64,000 bases of DNA from Eledone cirrhosa (lineage: Eukaryota), in contig OZ024753.1 of the NCBI GenBank assembly GCA_964016885.1, forward strand, positions 17,422,001-17,486,000. The letters are read 5' to 3'. Of the stretch, positions 39,901 to 50,403 are shown piece by piece; positions within the stretch are counted from its first letter, which is position 1; every line of letters starts with the position of its first letter. The notes beneath the pieces were generated by a model that saw nothing but the letters and a program-made list of their open reading frames with translations, was not told where the DNA came from and searched no databases. A program made the position numbers and the translations under genes.

Positions 39901-42340
39901 TGTTGGTATTGTTGTTGGTGATGGTATTGTTGTTGGTGGTGAGGGTATTGTTGTTGGTGGTGGTGATGGTATTGTTGGTGGTGGTGGTGTTGTTGTTGTT
40001 GGTGATGGTATTGTTGTTGGTGATGGTATTGTTGTTGGTGTTGGTGATGGTATTGTTATTGGTGGTGATGGTATTGTTGTTGGTGGTGATGATGGTACTG
40101 TTGTTGTTGGTGGTGGTATTGTTTTTGGTGGCGATGGTATTGTTGTTGGTGGTGATGGTATTGTTGTTGGTGGTGATGGTATTGTTGGTGGTGGTGATGG
40201 TATTGTTGTTTGTGGTGATGATGGTACTCTTGTTGGTGGTGATGGTATTGGTGATGGCATTGTTTGTGGTGATGGTATTGTTGTTGGTGGTGGTGGTATT
40301 GGTGGTGGAGATGGTATTGTTGTTGGTGGTGGTGGTATTGTTGTTGTTGGAGGTGGTGATGGTATTGGTGATGGTATTGTTGTTGGTGGTGGTGCTGGTA
40401 TTGGTTGTGGCGATGGTATTATTGGTGGTGGTGGTGATGGTATTGTTGGTGGTGCTGGTGATGGTATTGTTGGTGGTGGTGGTGATGGTATTGTTGGTGG
40501 TGCTGGTGATGGTATTGTTGGTGGTGGTGGTGATGGTATTGTTGGTGGTGGTGGTGATGGTATTTTTGTTGGTGGTCGTGATGGTATAGTTGGTGGTGAT
40601 GGTATTGTTGTTGGTGGTGGTGATGGTATAGTTGGTGGTAATGGTATTGGTGGTGGTGATGGTAGTGTTGGTGGTGGTGGTGATGGTATTGTTGATTGTG
40701 GTGGTGCTGGTATTGGTTGTGGCGATGGTATTATTGGTAGTGGTGGTGATGGTATTGTTGGTGGTGCTGGTGATGGTATTGTTGGTGGTGGTGGTGATGG
40801 TATTGTTGGTGGTGCTGGTGATGGTATTGTTGGTGGTGGTGGTGATGGTATTTCTGGTGGTGATGGTATTGTTGGTAGTGATGGTATTGTTGGTGGTGAT
40901 GGTATTGTTGTTGGTGATGGTATTGTTGTTGGTGGTGGTGATGGTATTGTTGGTGGTGATGGTATTGTTGGTGGTGGTGGTGATGGTATTGTTGGTGGTG
41001 ATGGTATTGTTGTTGGTGATGGTATTGTTGTTGGTGGTTGTGATGGTATTGTTGTTGGTGATGGTATTGTTGGTGGTGGTGATGGTATTGTTGGTAGTGG
41101 TGATGGTATTGTTGGTGGTGGTGGTGAGTGTATTGTTTGTTGTTGGTGGTGGTGATGGTTTTGTTTGTGGTGATGGTATTTTTTGTGGTGATGGTATTGT
41201 TGGTGGTGGGGGCGATGGTATTTTTGTTGGTGATGTTGTTGGTGGTGGTGATGGTATTGTTGTTGGTGGTGATGGTATTGTTGGTGGTGGTGATGGTATT
41301 GTTGTTGGTGGTGGTGAGTGTATTGTTTGTTGTTGGTGGTGGTGATGGTTTTGTTTGTGGTGATGGTATTTTTTGTGGTGATGGTATTGTTGGTGGTGGT
41401 GGTGATGGTATTTGTGGTGGTGATGGTATTGTTGGTGGTGATGGTATTGGTGGTGGAGATGGTATTGGTTGGTGATGGTATTGTTGTTGGCGGTGATGGT
41501 ATTGTTGTTGGTGGTGATGGTGTTGTTGTTGTTGGTGGTGATGGTATTGTTGGTGGTGGTGGTATTGTTGTTGGTGGTGGTGATGGTATTGTTGTTGGTG
41601 ATGGTATTGTTGGTGGAGATGGTATTGTTGTTGGTGGTGGTGATGGTATTGTTGTTGGTGATGGTATTGTTGGTGGAGATGGTATTGTTGTTGGTGGTGG
41701 TGATGGTATTGTTGTTGGTGATGGTATTGTTGGTGGTGATGGTATTGTTGTTGGTGGTGGTGATGGTATTGTTGTTGGTGATGGTATTGTTGGTGGAGAT
41801 GGTATTGTTGTTGGTGGTGGTGATGGTATTGTTGTTGGTGGTGCTGATGGTATTGTTGTTGGTGATGGTATTGTTGGTGGTGATGGTATTGTTGTTGGTG
41901 ATGGTATTGTTGGTGGTGATGGTATTGTTGTTGGTGGTGGTGATGGTATTGTTGTTGGTGATGGTATTGTTGGTGGTGATGGTATTGTTGTTGGTGGTGG
42001 TGATGGTATTGTTGTTGGTGATGGTATTGTTGGTGGTGATGGTATTGTTGTTGGTGGTGGTGATGGTATTGTTGTTGGTGATGGTATTGTTGGTGGTGAT
42101 GGTATTGTTGTTGGTGGTGGTGATGGTATTTTTGGTGGAGATGTTATTGTTGGTGGTGATAGTATTGTTGTTGCTGGTGATGATGGTATTGTTGTTGGTG
42201 GTGGTGATGGTATTGTTGTTGTTGGTGGTGATGGTATTGTTGTTGGTGGTGGTGATGGTATTGTTGTTGTTGGTGGTGATGGTATTGTTGGTGCTGATGT
42301 TGTTGGCGGTGGCGGTGATGGTGACGATGATGATGGTGAT
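24975..42340. repeat. 17.4-kb triplet-based satellite, basic motif GATGGTATT(GTT)n(GGT)n
   Basis: Direct reading. Plus strand almost free of C. Internal duplication of about 3.2 kb is shown by rare marker variants. Confidence 0.98.
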
Positions 42341-42413
42341 AACCTGGTTCTATATATCCTGAAATACTGGTCTGTGTAACTATTTGAAACTGCTCCTATC
42401 TTATTTCCTTATC

Positions 42414-42796
42414 TTATTTTCGCGTCCCAAATAATAGGGGTTGGATGGAATAGGCGGGGGTGGGGTCGAATAGGCGGTGGTGTCGGGCGGATGGGTAAAT
42501 TTGTTATTTTTCTCCTTTGACTTTTAAAAAACCAGAATTAGTCGTTTAGTTTACATATTGTGATCCCCACCCATCCTATTTATTTTATAACCTATTGGAT
42601 TTCTAGTAATGTACTATTTTTTGTCATATATAATGTTTTTAATGTATAAAGAAAATTAATTGTCGCATGAATGCTACCACCTAAAATAAAATTTTGCTGG
42701 AGATAGATTAGCAAATTTTAATGAGCAGGGGGCGGGGAATAAAAAAAAAATTAATAAGCCGTGGGGAGAGGACGCTTATTCGAGACCCGAAAGTAA
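42414..42796. mobile_element. Putative MITE with 21-bp imperfect terminal inverted repeats
   Basis: Left TTATTTTCGCGTCCCAAATAA versus right (reverse complement) TTACTTTCGGGTCTCGAATAA, 17/21 match. Confidence 0.5.
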
Positions 42797-43098
42797 CCAA
42801 AAAACTCTGTCTAAATTGGTTCTGGTTGGCCTGTTTTAGGTAGTTTGTCCATACTGGTGAGTTGGGAAAGTCCCAGCGACTCCTAGAAAAGAGATGGAAA
42901 CACCCTAGCAGGTTTGTGAGGTTCTTATAAAGCACTAACCTGTCGAGTACTCTCACAAAAACTCTGCGTATCTCCCAGATGTGGATTTAATCCCCAACCA
43001 ACTCTAAAGAACGTGATGTTCCAAGGAAGGCAGCTACACATCTGAAGAGGCCCGACATTCTAGCGACCTTCGATCTCGTCTTCGAGCATATAGTATTC

Positions 43099-43205
43099 AT
43101 TGTTTCTACTTAAGGCACAAGGCCAGCAATTACCCAGTGCATTACTGGTACTTTATTTTATCGACCTCGTATAGATGAAATGAAAAGTTACCCTCGGCGG
43201 GATTT
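43099..43205 (-). mobile_element. SINE family A, 5'-truncated
   Basis: ATTGTTTCTACT...GGCACAAGGCCAGC...CTCGGCGGGATTT. Confidence 0.85.
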
Positions 43206-43221
43206 AATAATATATAGTAAT

Positions 43222-43658
43222 AATGATTTCTAGTATAGGCACAAGGCCGGTAATTTGGGGAGAGGGGCAAGTCGAATAAATCGACCCCAGCACATTACTG
43301 GTGCTTTATTTAAAAAAAAAAAGGATCGATCGACTTTCGTTAAATCGGACCGAGGAAACAATGTTTCCGTTGGTCTTTCCAGTTGCTAATACTATCTATC
43401 GGTCGGAACTCCAGGTAGAAGGAGCATGTTGAATAAAGTGTCTTGCTCAAGGATATAACGTATCGCCCGCTCCAGGAATCGAACTCATAACCTCACGATT
43501 GTGAATCCAATTCTCTAACCACTCAGCCACACGCATTCGCTGTATTTTATTGATCCCATAAAGAGGAAATCCAGGCGGGATTTGAATTCAGAACGTAAAG
43601 GACCATAACTCTATGCTGCAAAGCATGGTGTCCGATGCTCTACCGATTCTGTCAATCC
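43222..43658 (-). mobile_element. SINE family A (long-tail variant) interrupted by a SINE B
   Basis: 3' part at 43222-43310 and 5' part at 43538-43658 join into one family A copy. Confidence 0.75.
43311..43534 (-). mobile_element. SINE family B, full length, nested
   Basis: Reverse complement of 16800-17013. Confidence 0.92.
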
Positions 43659-44070
43659 AAATAATTGTTTCAAACATATTTACACACTTTGAACCTTCGC
43701 GGAAGGGATTAGTTGATTAGATCGATCCCTTATCGATACTTCATTTTATCGATCTTCTCGGCGAGATTTGAACAGGCAATGTAAAACACTGGTACAACGA
43801 CTTAACTAATCTACCAACTACTAGTAATACTTTCTTACATCGTCCTAAACCTACAAATGTTTGGGGTTAGGGTGAGGGTTGACTGATCTATTGGTACTTT
43901 TGAGTACTGATTCAATAAAGTTTGACCTAAACAGAATTAGATCTCAGAATGCCGCATGCTGGAAAATTGTGACATTTGCAGACGCTCTGTCAATTTTACT
44001 TAATAGTTGACGACCTTGAAACCTATGAGTATAATGGTTTATACGCGGGTCGACTGAACAGGTCATAGGC

Positions 44071-44368
44071 TGACCAAGATACTCTCATGGAATGACCAAA
44101 TAAGGGTTACTTTTTAACATGGTCACTGCCTTGTTTCTTTCCAGGGACTATGTTAAAAAATAACCCTCATTTGGTCATTCCGTGAGAGTATCTTAGTCAC
44201 TGCCTTGTTTCTTTCCAGGGACTAAGATACTCTCACGGAATGACCAAATGAGGGTTATTTTTTAACATAGTCCCTGGAAAGAAACAATGCAGTGACCAAG
44301 ATACTCTCATGGAATGTCCAAATGAGGGTTATTTTTAAACATAATCCCTGGGAAAAAAACAATGCAGT
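44071..44368. repeat. About 75-bp tandem repeat, 4 copies, with an internal inversion
   Basis: Unit GACCAAGATACTCTCATGGAATGACCAAATGAGGGTTATTTTTTAACATAGTCCCTGGAAAGAAACAATGCAGT. About 44121-44223 is reverse-complemented. Confidence 0.9.
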
Positions 44369-45133
44369 TATTAATAAGAAGGGTTGAAATTAGCGCAAGC
44401 GGGATTTTGCAGTTCTACCATCAATCCTTCATAGTCAGCCAACGAACTTTTCAACCGACCCTCGTAATTTAGTTACATGTTTAGCTATATAGGAGAGAGA
44501 CAAAAGCTAACTAAGTCGACTCCAGTACTTCCAATGTACTTTATTTTTTCGACCATGGTAAGATTTAAACATAGAACAATAAAAGGGAGAAATAAAACTA
44601 GGAGTCATTTTCTACGACACTGCAACACTTCTGTCAATAAGCCATAAAGAAACACCACTGCCTACTATAACAATTTTGTTACACAAGGGAAACAACCCTA
44701 AAAATTAACCATTCTTATTTATTTCCCTTGAATTCTATCTCTAGGTTCTTCCAGCACAATAATATCCTTCGTTCAAATCGGGATACCTATCTGAATAGAA
44801 ATAAATACATGTTCACATAGAGGGTGCACCCCAAAAATATATACATGCTTTTATTAGGATGTATATATTTTGGGGGGACATATAAATATATATGTATTTT
44901 AATATTTAAACATCTTCCCTAAATAGTTTTTTTTGCATAAGTTTAATAAGTAATATCTCTCTCTCTTTCTTTCACTCTCTCTCTCTTCCTACACACACAC
45001 ACACACATATATATATACATATATATATATATACAGACTATATTTGGGTTTAATCTATACATATAAATATTTTATATATCGATTATGTTTCTCAACACAA
45101 AAGCATCACCAAATTGAGAAACTATTAGTATTT

Positions 45134-45170
<37 letters not shown>

Positions 45171-45172
<2 letters not shown>

Positions 45173-45367
45173 CGAAGGAAATGTGGTAAGGAACCAGATG
45201 GATCATAACGCACAAAAGTACTCAATACTTAGGGTAGTAGAGTGGGTAATAGGAACAAGTATGACCCCGACGGCAGAGCTCAAGCCGTTTCGACGGCTAA
45301 TTCTGGAGTCCAGAATTAGCCGTCGAAACGGCTTGAGCTCTGTCGTCGGGGTCATACTTGTTACTAT
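45171..45367 (-). mobile_element. Second TA-flanked Penelope-like fragment ending in a 119-bp palindrome
   Basis: Paralogue of 22506-22713. Palindrome 45249-45367 centred on 45308. Confidence 0.6.
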
Positions 45368-45386
45368 ATATATATATATATATATA

Positions 45387-45995
45387 ACACCGAACATTAT
45401 AATAAATGTTCGGTGAATCCATACGTACATATATATATATATGTGCATGTATGTATATATATATACATACTACTGTACGTCTGTATACATATATGTATGT
45501 ACGTGTACATACTTATATTTAAGTAACAGCCGTACTAAGAGTGGGAAATGAAATTTCGTTTCATTTTTGCCGTTTATCGTTTTCGGTGCACCCGGCCGAT
45601 TAACCTACTCGATATGCAAATTGGGCTGCTCAGCCGTTAATATGCATAAGGTAAGTATATACATTCAACAATCTGGCAGGAAGGTATACGTTTCTGACGA
45701 TAGCTAACAAGCTTGAAACTAGTACAGCGTTCCTTTGTCAGTGTTGAACAAACGAGCAACGATGGTTGCTAGACACTACAGCTTAATACGGGATGTTTGT
45801 TTACAAACACACCGAGCATTATAATAAATGTTCGGTGAATCCATACGTACATATATATGTGTGTGCATGTATGTATATATATATATATACATACTACTGT
45901 ACGTCTGTATACATATATGTATGTACGTCTACATATTTATATTTAAGTAACAGCCGTACTAAGAGTGGGAAATGAAATTTCGTTTCATTTTTTCC

Positions 45996-46001
<6 letters not shown>
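45387..46001 (+). mobile_element. Terminally redundant non-coding element (422-bp period) with hammerhead
   Basis: Direct repeats 45387-45577 and 45809-46001. (TA)n on both sides. Hammerhead motif in the unique middle. Confidence 0.65.
45681..45735 (+). ncRNA. Minimal type I hammerhead ribozyme motif
   Basis: ACGTTT-CTGACGA-T-AGCT(AACA)AGCT-T-GAAA-CTAGTA^CAGCGT. Palindromic ACTAGT stem III, GUA site. Confidence 0.65.
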
Positions 46002-46032
<31 letters not shown>

Positions 46033-46035
<3 letters not shown>

Positions 46036-46999
46036 CGTATGTTGTATTGAAGCAAATAACTATGTGTATACTCTGGGAATGTATCTTACATTGCCCATCG
46101 AGTGCGCTGAGATGCAGCCGGTAACCGGTCCTGGCATTGATAAATATGCTGGATCCGTCAACTCATTATTATTATCTCCCAACTAGCGGACTATTGAGAG
46201 TAAGTTAAACAATTTTTCCTTTTGTTTTGATATGCACTCTATTTTTCCTGCTATTAATTTTGTCTCTCACTCTTTTAAGTTGTGAAATAGACTGGTTCTC
46301 TACGAACGCGGTTGACACATTTCAGCTCGCTACTATATTGCTCTATAATGGATAATCGCATTTAAAGTCCGTTAAAGGTTCTTGGCACTACCATTGTTAC
46401 CATCGCTTACCTCTAGCCATGGGACTTGGAGACATGAACCGAATGCTTCCATTCTATTATACATCCATCTGGACTGCTATTTCTAATGGCCATCTTTTCA
46501 CCTCTTAATAATTTGTGTGTGAGACACGTTAGCTCAGTGCTTCTGACAGGAACGAAAAGATTGATTCTCTTAGTCTCCCGCCACCACGTAAAATTTGTAA
46601 ATTGGTGGCTAGTCGAGAGATAGAATCTTATCGGCTGCCAGTTGCTAATCGCTTTACCGTGTCAGTCGTCACAAACAGTCATGACCGGCATCGGCTGGTG
46701 TTTTGATTCTGTCGATCGATTGGTTATTGATTAGGCGATACCCGCTGATGAAAACGCATAAGCCGATTGTGCATTGTTGCATAATATATGCAGACGGATG
46801 GTGCAGTGCACCTTAGTGCTGCATTAGTGCGGCAGAAACTCGAGTCCGGGAACCTTATAGGCACCCGTTTTACGTGTGTTGTGTTGAAGCAAATAACTTT
46901 GTGCATACTCTGGTAATGTATCTTACATTGCTCATGGAGTGCGCTGAGATACAACCGGTACTGGCATTGATAAATATTTTGGGTCCGTCAACCCTTATT

Positions 47000-47004
<5 letters not shown>
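46033..47004 (+). mobile_element. Terminally redundant non-coding element (837-bp period) with hammerhead
   Basis: Diverged direct repeats 46033-46175 and 46870-47004. (TA)n on both sides. Confidence 0.65.
46741..46850 (+). ncRNA. Type I hammerhead ribozyme with enlarged stem II domain
   Basis: CCCG-CTGATGA-(about 83 nt with internal hairpins)-GAAA-C(TCGA)G-TC^CGGG. Confidence 0.65.
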
Positions 47005-47037
<33 letters not shown>

Positions 47038-47607
47038 AACGTAAAATAAGAAATTTATAGTAATTAGCTTACATACTTAAATTTCACTCCAGCTAATTAG
47101 TTTTTGAAAGGGAATATACATGTAGAATATGGAGAAACATTTTCGTCATCAGGGAGTCATTCTCAGCTAAGATACCTGGCGATGCGTGGAACAGGGAACT
47201 TATACAAAAAGATTCAGTGGATGGAAAAGAGCAAGCGGGGACTAAATTCCAAGACACTGAAAAAAATCACTGCCTTCTTGTTCGGTGGCAAATTCAAAAG
47301 AATCGATCACGTGACATCGAGGTTAATCAGTGAGGAGTGGGGGTGTTAAAAAGACAGTAGCCAAGCTGTTACTATGAACTATAGTAGTGATTTTTGGCAA
47401 ATTTTTGCTCAACAAAATAATTTGGAGATAATTATAGAGAATTAGTATATCTACCAACATATATACCTATGCAAGCAAATATATAGAGGTTTTGTCTTAG
47501 TAACTTTGTCGTTCAATGCAAGGGGATGCAGAACAATTATATGAAAAACGTAAAATAAGAAAATTAAGTAAGTAAGCTAATTACTATAATTTTCTTATTT
47601 TACGTTT

Positions 47608-48451
47608 CCTCCGAAGCAATGTCTCTCCTTCTTGTCCTCCGGCACCATGAGGTGGAGTGGCTGTTCCAGCAAGTCTCCCTCCCTATCCTCCGAAGCAATG
47701 TCTCTCCATCCTGTCCTCAGGCACCATGAGGTGGAGTGGCTGTTCCAGCAAGTCTCCCTCCCTATCCTCCGAAGCAATGTCTTCTCCACCTTGTCCTCCG
47801 GGAGCACGAGGTGGAGTGGCTGTTCCAGCAAGTCTCCCTCCCTATCCTCCGAAGCAATGTCTTCTCCACCTTGTCCTCCGGGAGCACGAGGTGGAGTGGC
47901 TGTTCCAGCAAGTTTCCCTCCCTATCCTCCGAAGCAATGTCTTCTCCATCTTGTCCTCCGGGAGCACGAGGTGGAGTGGCTGTTCCAGCAAGTCTCCCTC
48001 CCTATCCTCCGAAGCAATGTCTTCTCCACCTTGTCCTCCGGGAGCACGAGGTGGATTGGCTGTTCCAGCAAGTCTCCCTCCCTACCCTCCGAAGCAATGT
48101 CTTCTCCACCTTGTCCTCCGGGAGCACGAGGTGGAGTGGCTGTTCCAGCAAGTCTCCCTCCCTATCCTCCGAAGCAATGTCTCTCCATCCTGTCCTCAGG
48201 CACCATGAGGTGGAGTGGCTGTTCCAGCAAGTCTCCCTCCCTATCCTCCGAAGCAATGTCTTCTCCACCTTGTCCTCCGGGAGCACGAGGTGGAGTGGCT
48301 GTTCCAGCAAGTCTCCCTCCCTATCCTCCGAAGCAATGTCTTCTCCACCTTGTCCTCCGGGAGCACGAGGTGGAGTGGCTGTTCCAGCAAGTCTCCCTCC
48401 CTATCCTCCGAAGCAATGTCTTCTCCACCTTGTCCTCCAGGACCATGAGGT
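47608..48451. repeat. 80-bp minisatellite, about 10.5 copies
   Basis: Unit CCTCCGAAGCAATGTCTTCTCCACCTTGTCCTCCGGGAGCACGAGGTGGAGTGGCTGTTCCAGCAAGTCTCCCTCCCTAT. Confidence 0.97.
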
Positions 48452-48609
48452 GTACCCTCACCCTATATTGACCCACGCTGCCTATAACCTCCCTCCTTCT
48501 CTCCATGCAGTGAAAGAGTTGCCCTCACTACTCATAATTTACTTATATTGACAGGTAAAGTTAAAATCCGCCATATTTGAAATGAAACCGCAAGGTGGCG
48601 CAATAAATC

Positions 48610-48997
48610 ATTGTTTCTACTTTTGGCACAAGGCCAGCAATTATCCCAGTGTATTACTGGTGCTTTATTTTATCGACCTCGTAAGGATAAAAGGCAAAGT
48701 TAACCTCGGTGGGATTTGAACTCGGACCATAAAGGGCCATAACCCTATGCTGCAAAGCATGGCGTCTGACCCTCTACCGATACCGCCAATCCACTGGTTT
48801 CTGATTTAGGTACAAGGCCAACAATTTTGGTGAGGGGAAGCCTATTAAATCCATCCCAGTGTATTACTGGTACTTCATTTTATCGGCCCCGTAAGGATGA
48901 ACGGCAAAGCTAACTTCGGTGGCATTTGAACTAAGAACGTAAAGGGCCGTAACTCTATGCCACTAAGCCGATGCTGTACCGATTCTGCCAATCTACC
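48610..48997 (-). mobile_element. Two head-to-tail SINE family A copies (48610-48793 and 48796-48997)
   Basis: Both match the reverse complement of 61108-61294. Confidence 0.88.
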
Positions 48998-49098
48998 AAT
49001 GGATCATAACATATATTCACTATTTTACATCCCATGCAGAATAATTAGCCTAAATTAGGGATAATCAAAATTATTAAGTGTATCTCAGGTGTAAGTTT

Positions 49099-49166
49099 GG
49101 GCTCGTCCGGGATTTGAACCCGGGACCTCTCGCACCCTAAGCGAAAATCATACCCCTAGACCAACG
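49099..49166 (-). pseudogene. trnP: tRNA-Pro(AGG) pseudogene lacking the first 4 nt
   Basis: Minus strand CGTTGGTCTAGGGGTATGATTTTCGCTTAGGGTGCGAGAGGTCCCGGGTTCAAATCCCGGACGAGCCC matches the conserved metazoan tRNA-Pro. The 5' GGCT is missing and there is one C>T in the anticodon stem. Confidence 0.92.
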
Positions 49167-49340
49167 GTAAGGTTGTGAGTTCGATTCCTGGACCAGGCGA
49201 TGCGTTATGTCCTTCAGCAAGACACTTTATTTCACGTTGCTCCTTCTACCTGGAGTTGCGACCGATAGATAGTATTAGCAATTGGAAAGACCAACGGAAA
49301 CATTGTTCCCTCGGTCCGATTTGACGAAAGTCGATCGTTC
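49167..49340 (+). mobile_element. SINE family B, 5'-truncated
   Basis: Nearly identical to 16839-17012. Confidence 0.93.
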
Positions 49341-49534
49341 TTCTCTCTCAGGTGTAAAAGAAATCGTACTGTAAAGACTAATTTTATGTTGCAAAGCATC
49401 TTGTCCGGCGCTCTACCGATTACTGCTACATCCTCTCAAACGAAGCTAATTTACCGCCCCAACAGCGCCACCTTACGTCTTAAAACTGTTTTACTTTCGA
49501 TATCTTTTCTTGATATGTCCCATGTTAACCCTAA

Positions 49535-49716
49535 CCTTGCTATATGGAAGTGAAACATGGACGCTTTCATCCAAACAATAAAAGTGCCTTGATGGCACCT
49601 ACACTACTACTACTACTACTACTACTACCACCTTGATGTCACCTACACTACCACTACTACTACCACCACTACTACTACCACTACTACTACTACTACTACT
49701 ACCTTGATGGCACCTA

Positions 49717-49753
<37 letters not shown>

Positions 49754-50093
49754 TTGATGTCACCTACACTACCACTACTACTACCACCACTACTACTACC
49801 ACTACTACTACTACCTTGATGGCACCTACACTACTACCACTACTACTACTGCCTTGATGGCACCTACACTACTACCACCACTACTACTACTACTACCACC
49901 TTGATGTCACCTACACTACCACTACTACTACCACCACTACTACTACCACTACTACTACTACTACCTTGATGTCACCTACACTACCACTACTACTACCACC
50001 ACTACTACTACCACTACTACTACTACTACCTTGATGGCACCTACACTACTACTACTACCACTACTACTACTACTACCTTGACGGCACCTACAA

Positions 50094-50129
<36 letters not shown>

Positions 50130-50143
50130 CTTGATGGCACCTA

Positions 50144-50185
<42 letters not shown>

Positions 50186-50282
50186 CTTGATGGCACCTAC
50201 ACTACTACCACTACTACTATTACTACCTTGATGGCACCTACACTACTACTACTACCACTACTACTACCTTGATGGCACCTAC

Positions 50283-50317
<35 letters not shown>

Positions 50318-50372
50318 CACCACTACTACTACTACTACATTGATGGCACCTACACTACTACTACCACTACTA

Positions 50373-50403
<31 letters not shown>

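Noticed and set aside
24880-42379. Giant ORFs of up to 3298 aa (Thr/Asn, Pro/Thr, Gly/Val and Val/Leu rich) as mucin-like or glycine-rich genes
   Set aside because: They are open in most frames on both strands because the triplet alphabet rarely makes stops. There is no signal peptide or non-repeat domain, frameshifts are duplicated along with the array, and one frame runs into a SINE.
42708-42956. 82-aa minus-strand ORF
   Set aside because: No recognisable motif, and it overlaps the end of a putative MITE.
47070-47158. Minus-strand CTGATGA...GAAA as an intact ribozyme
   Set aside because: No convincing stem I pairing. Kept only as a decayed motif.
47632-48551. Overlapping 183-279 aa ORFs
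   Set aside because: The 80-bp unit cycles through all frames, so these are repeat artefacts.
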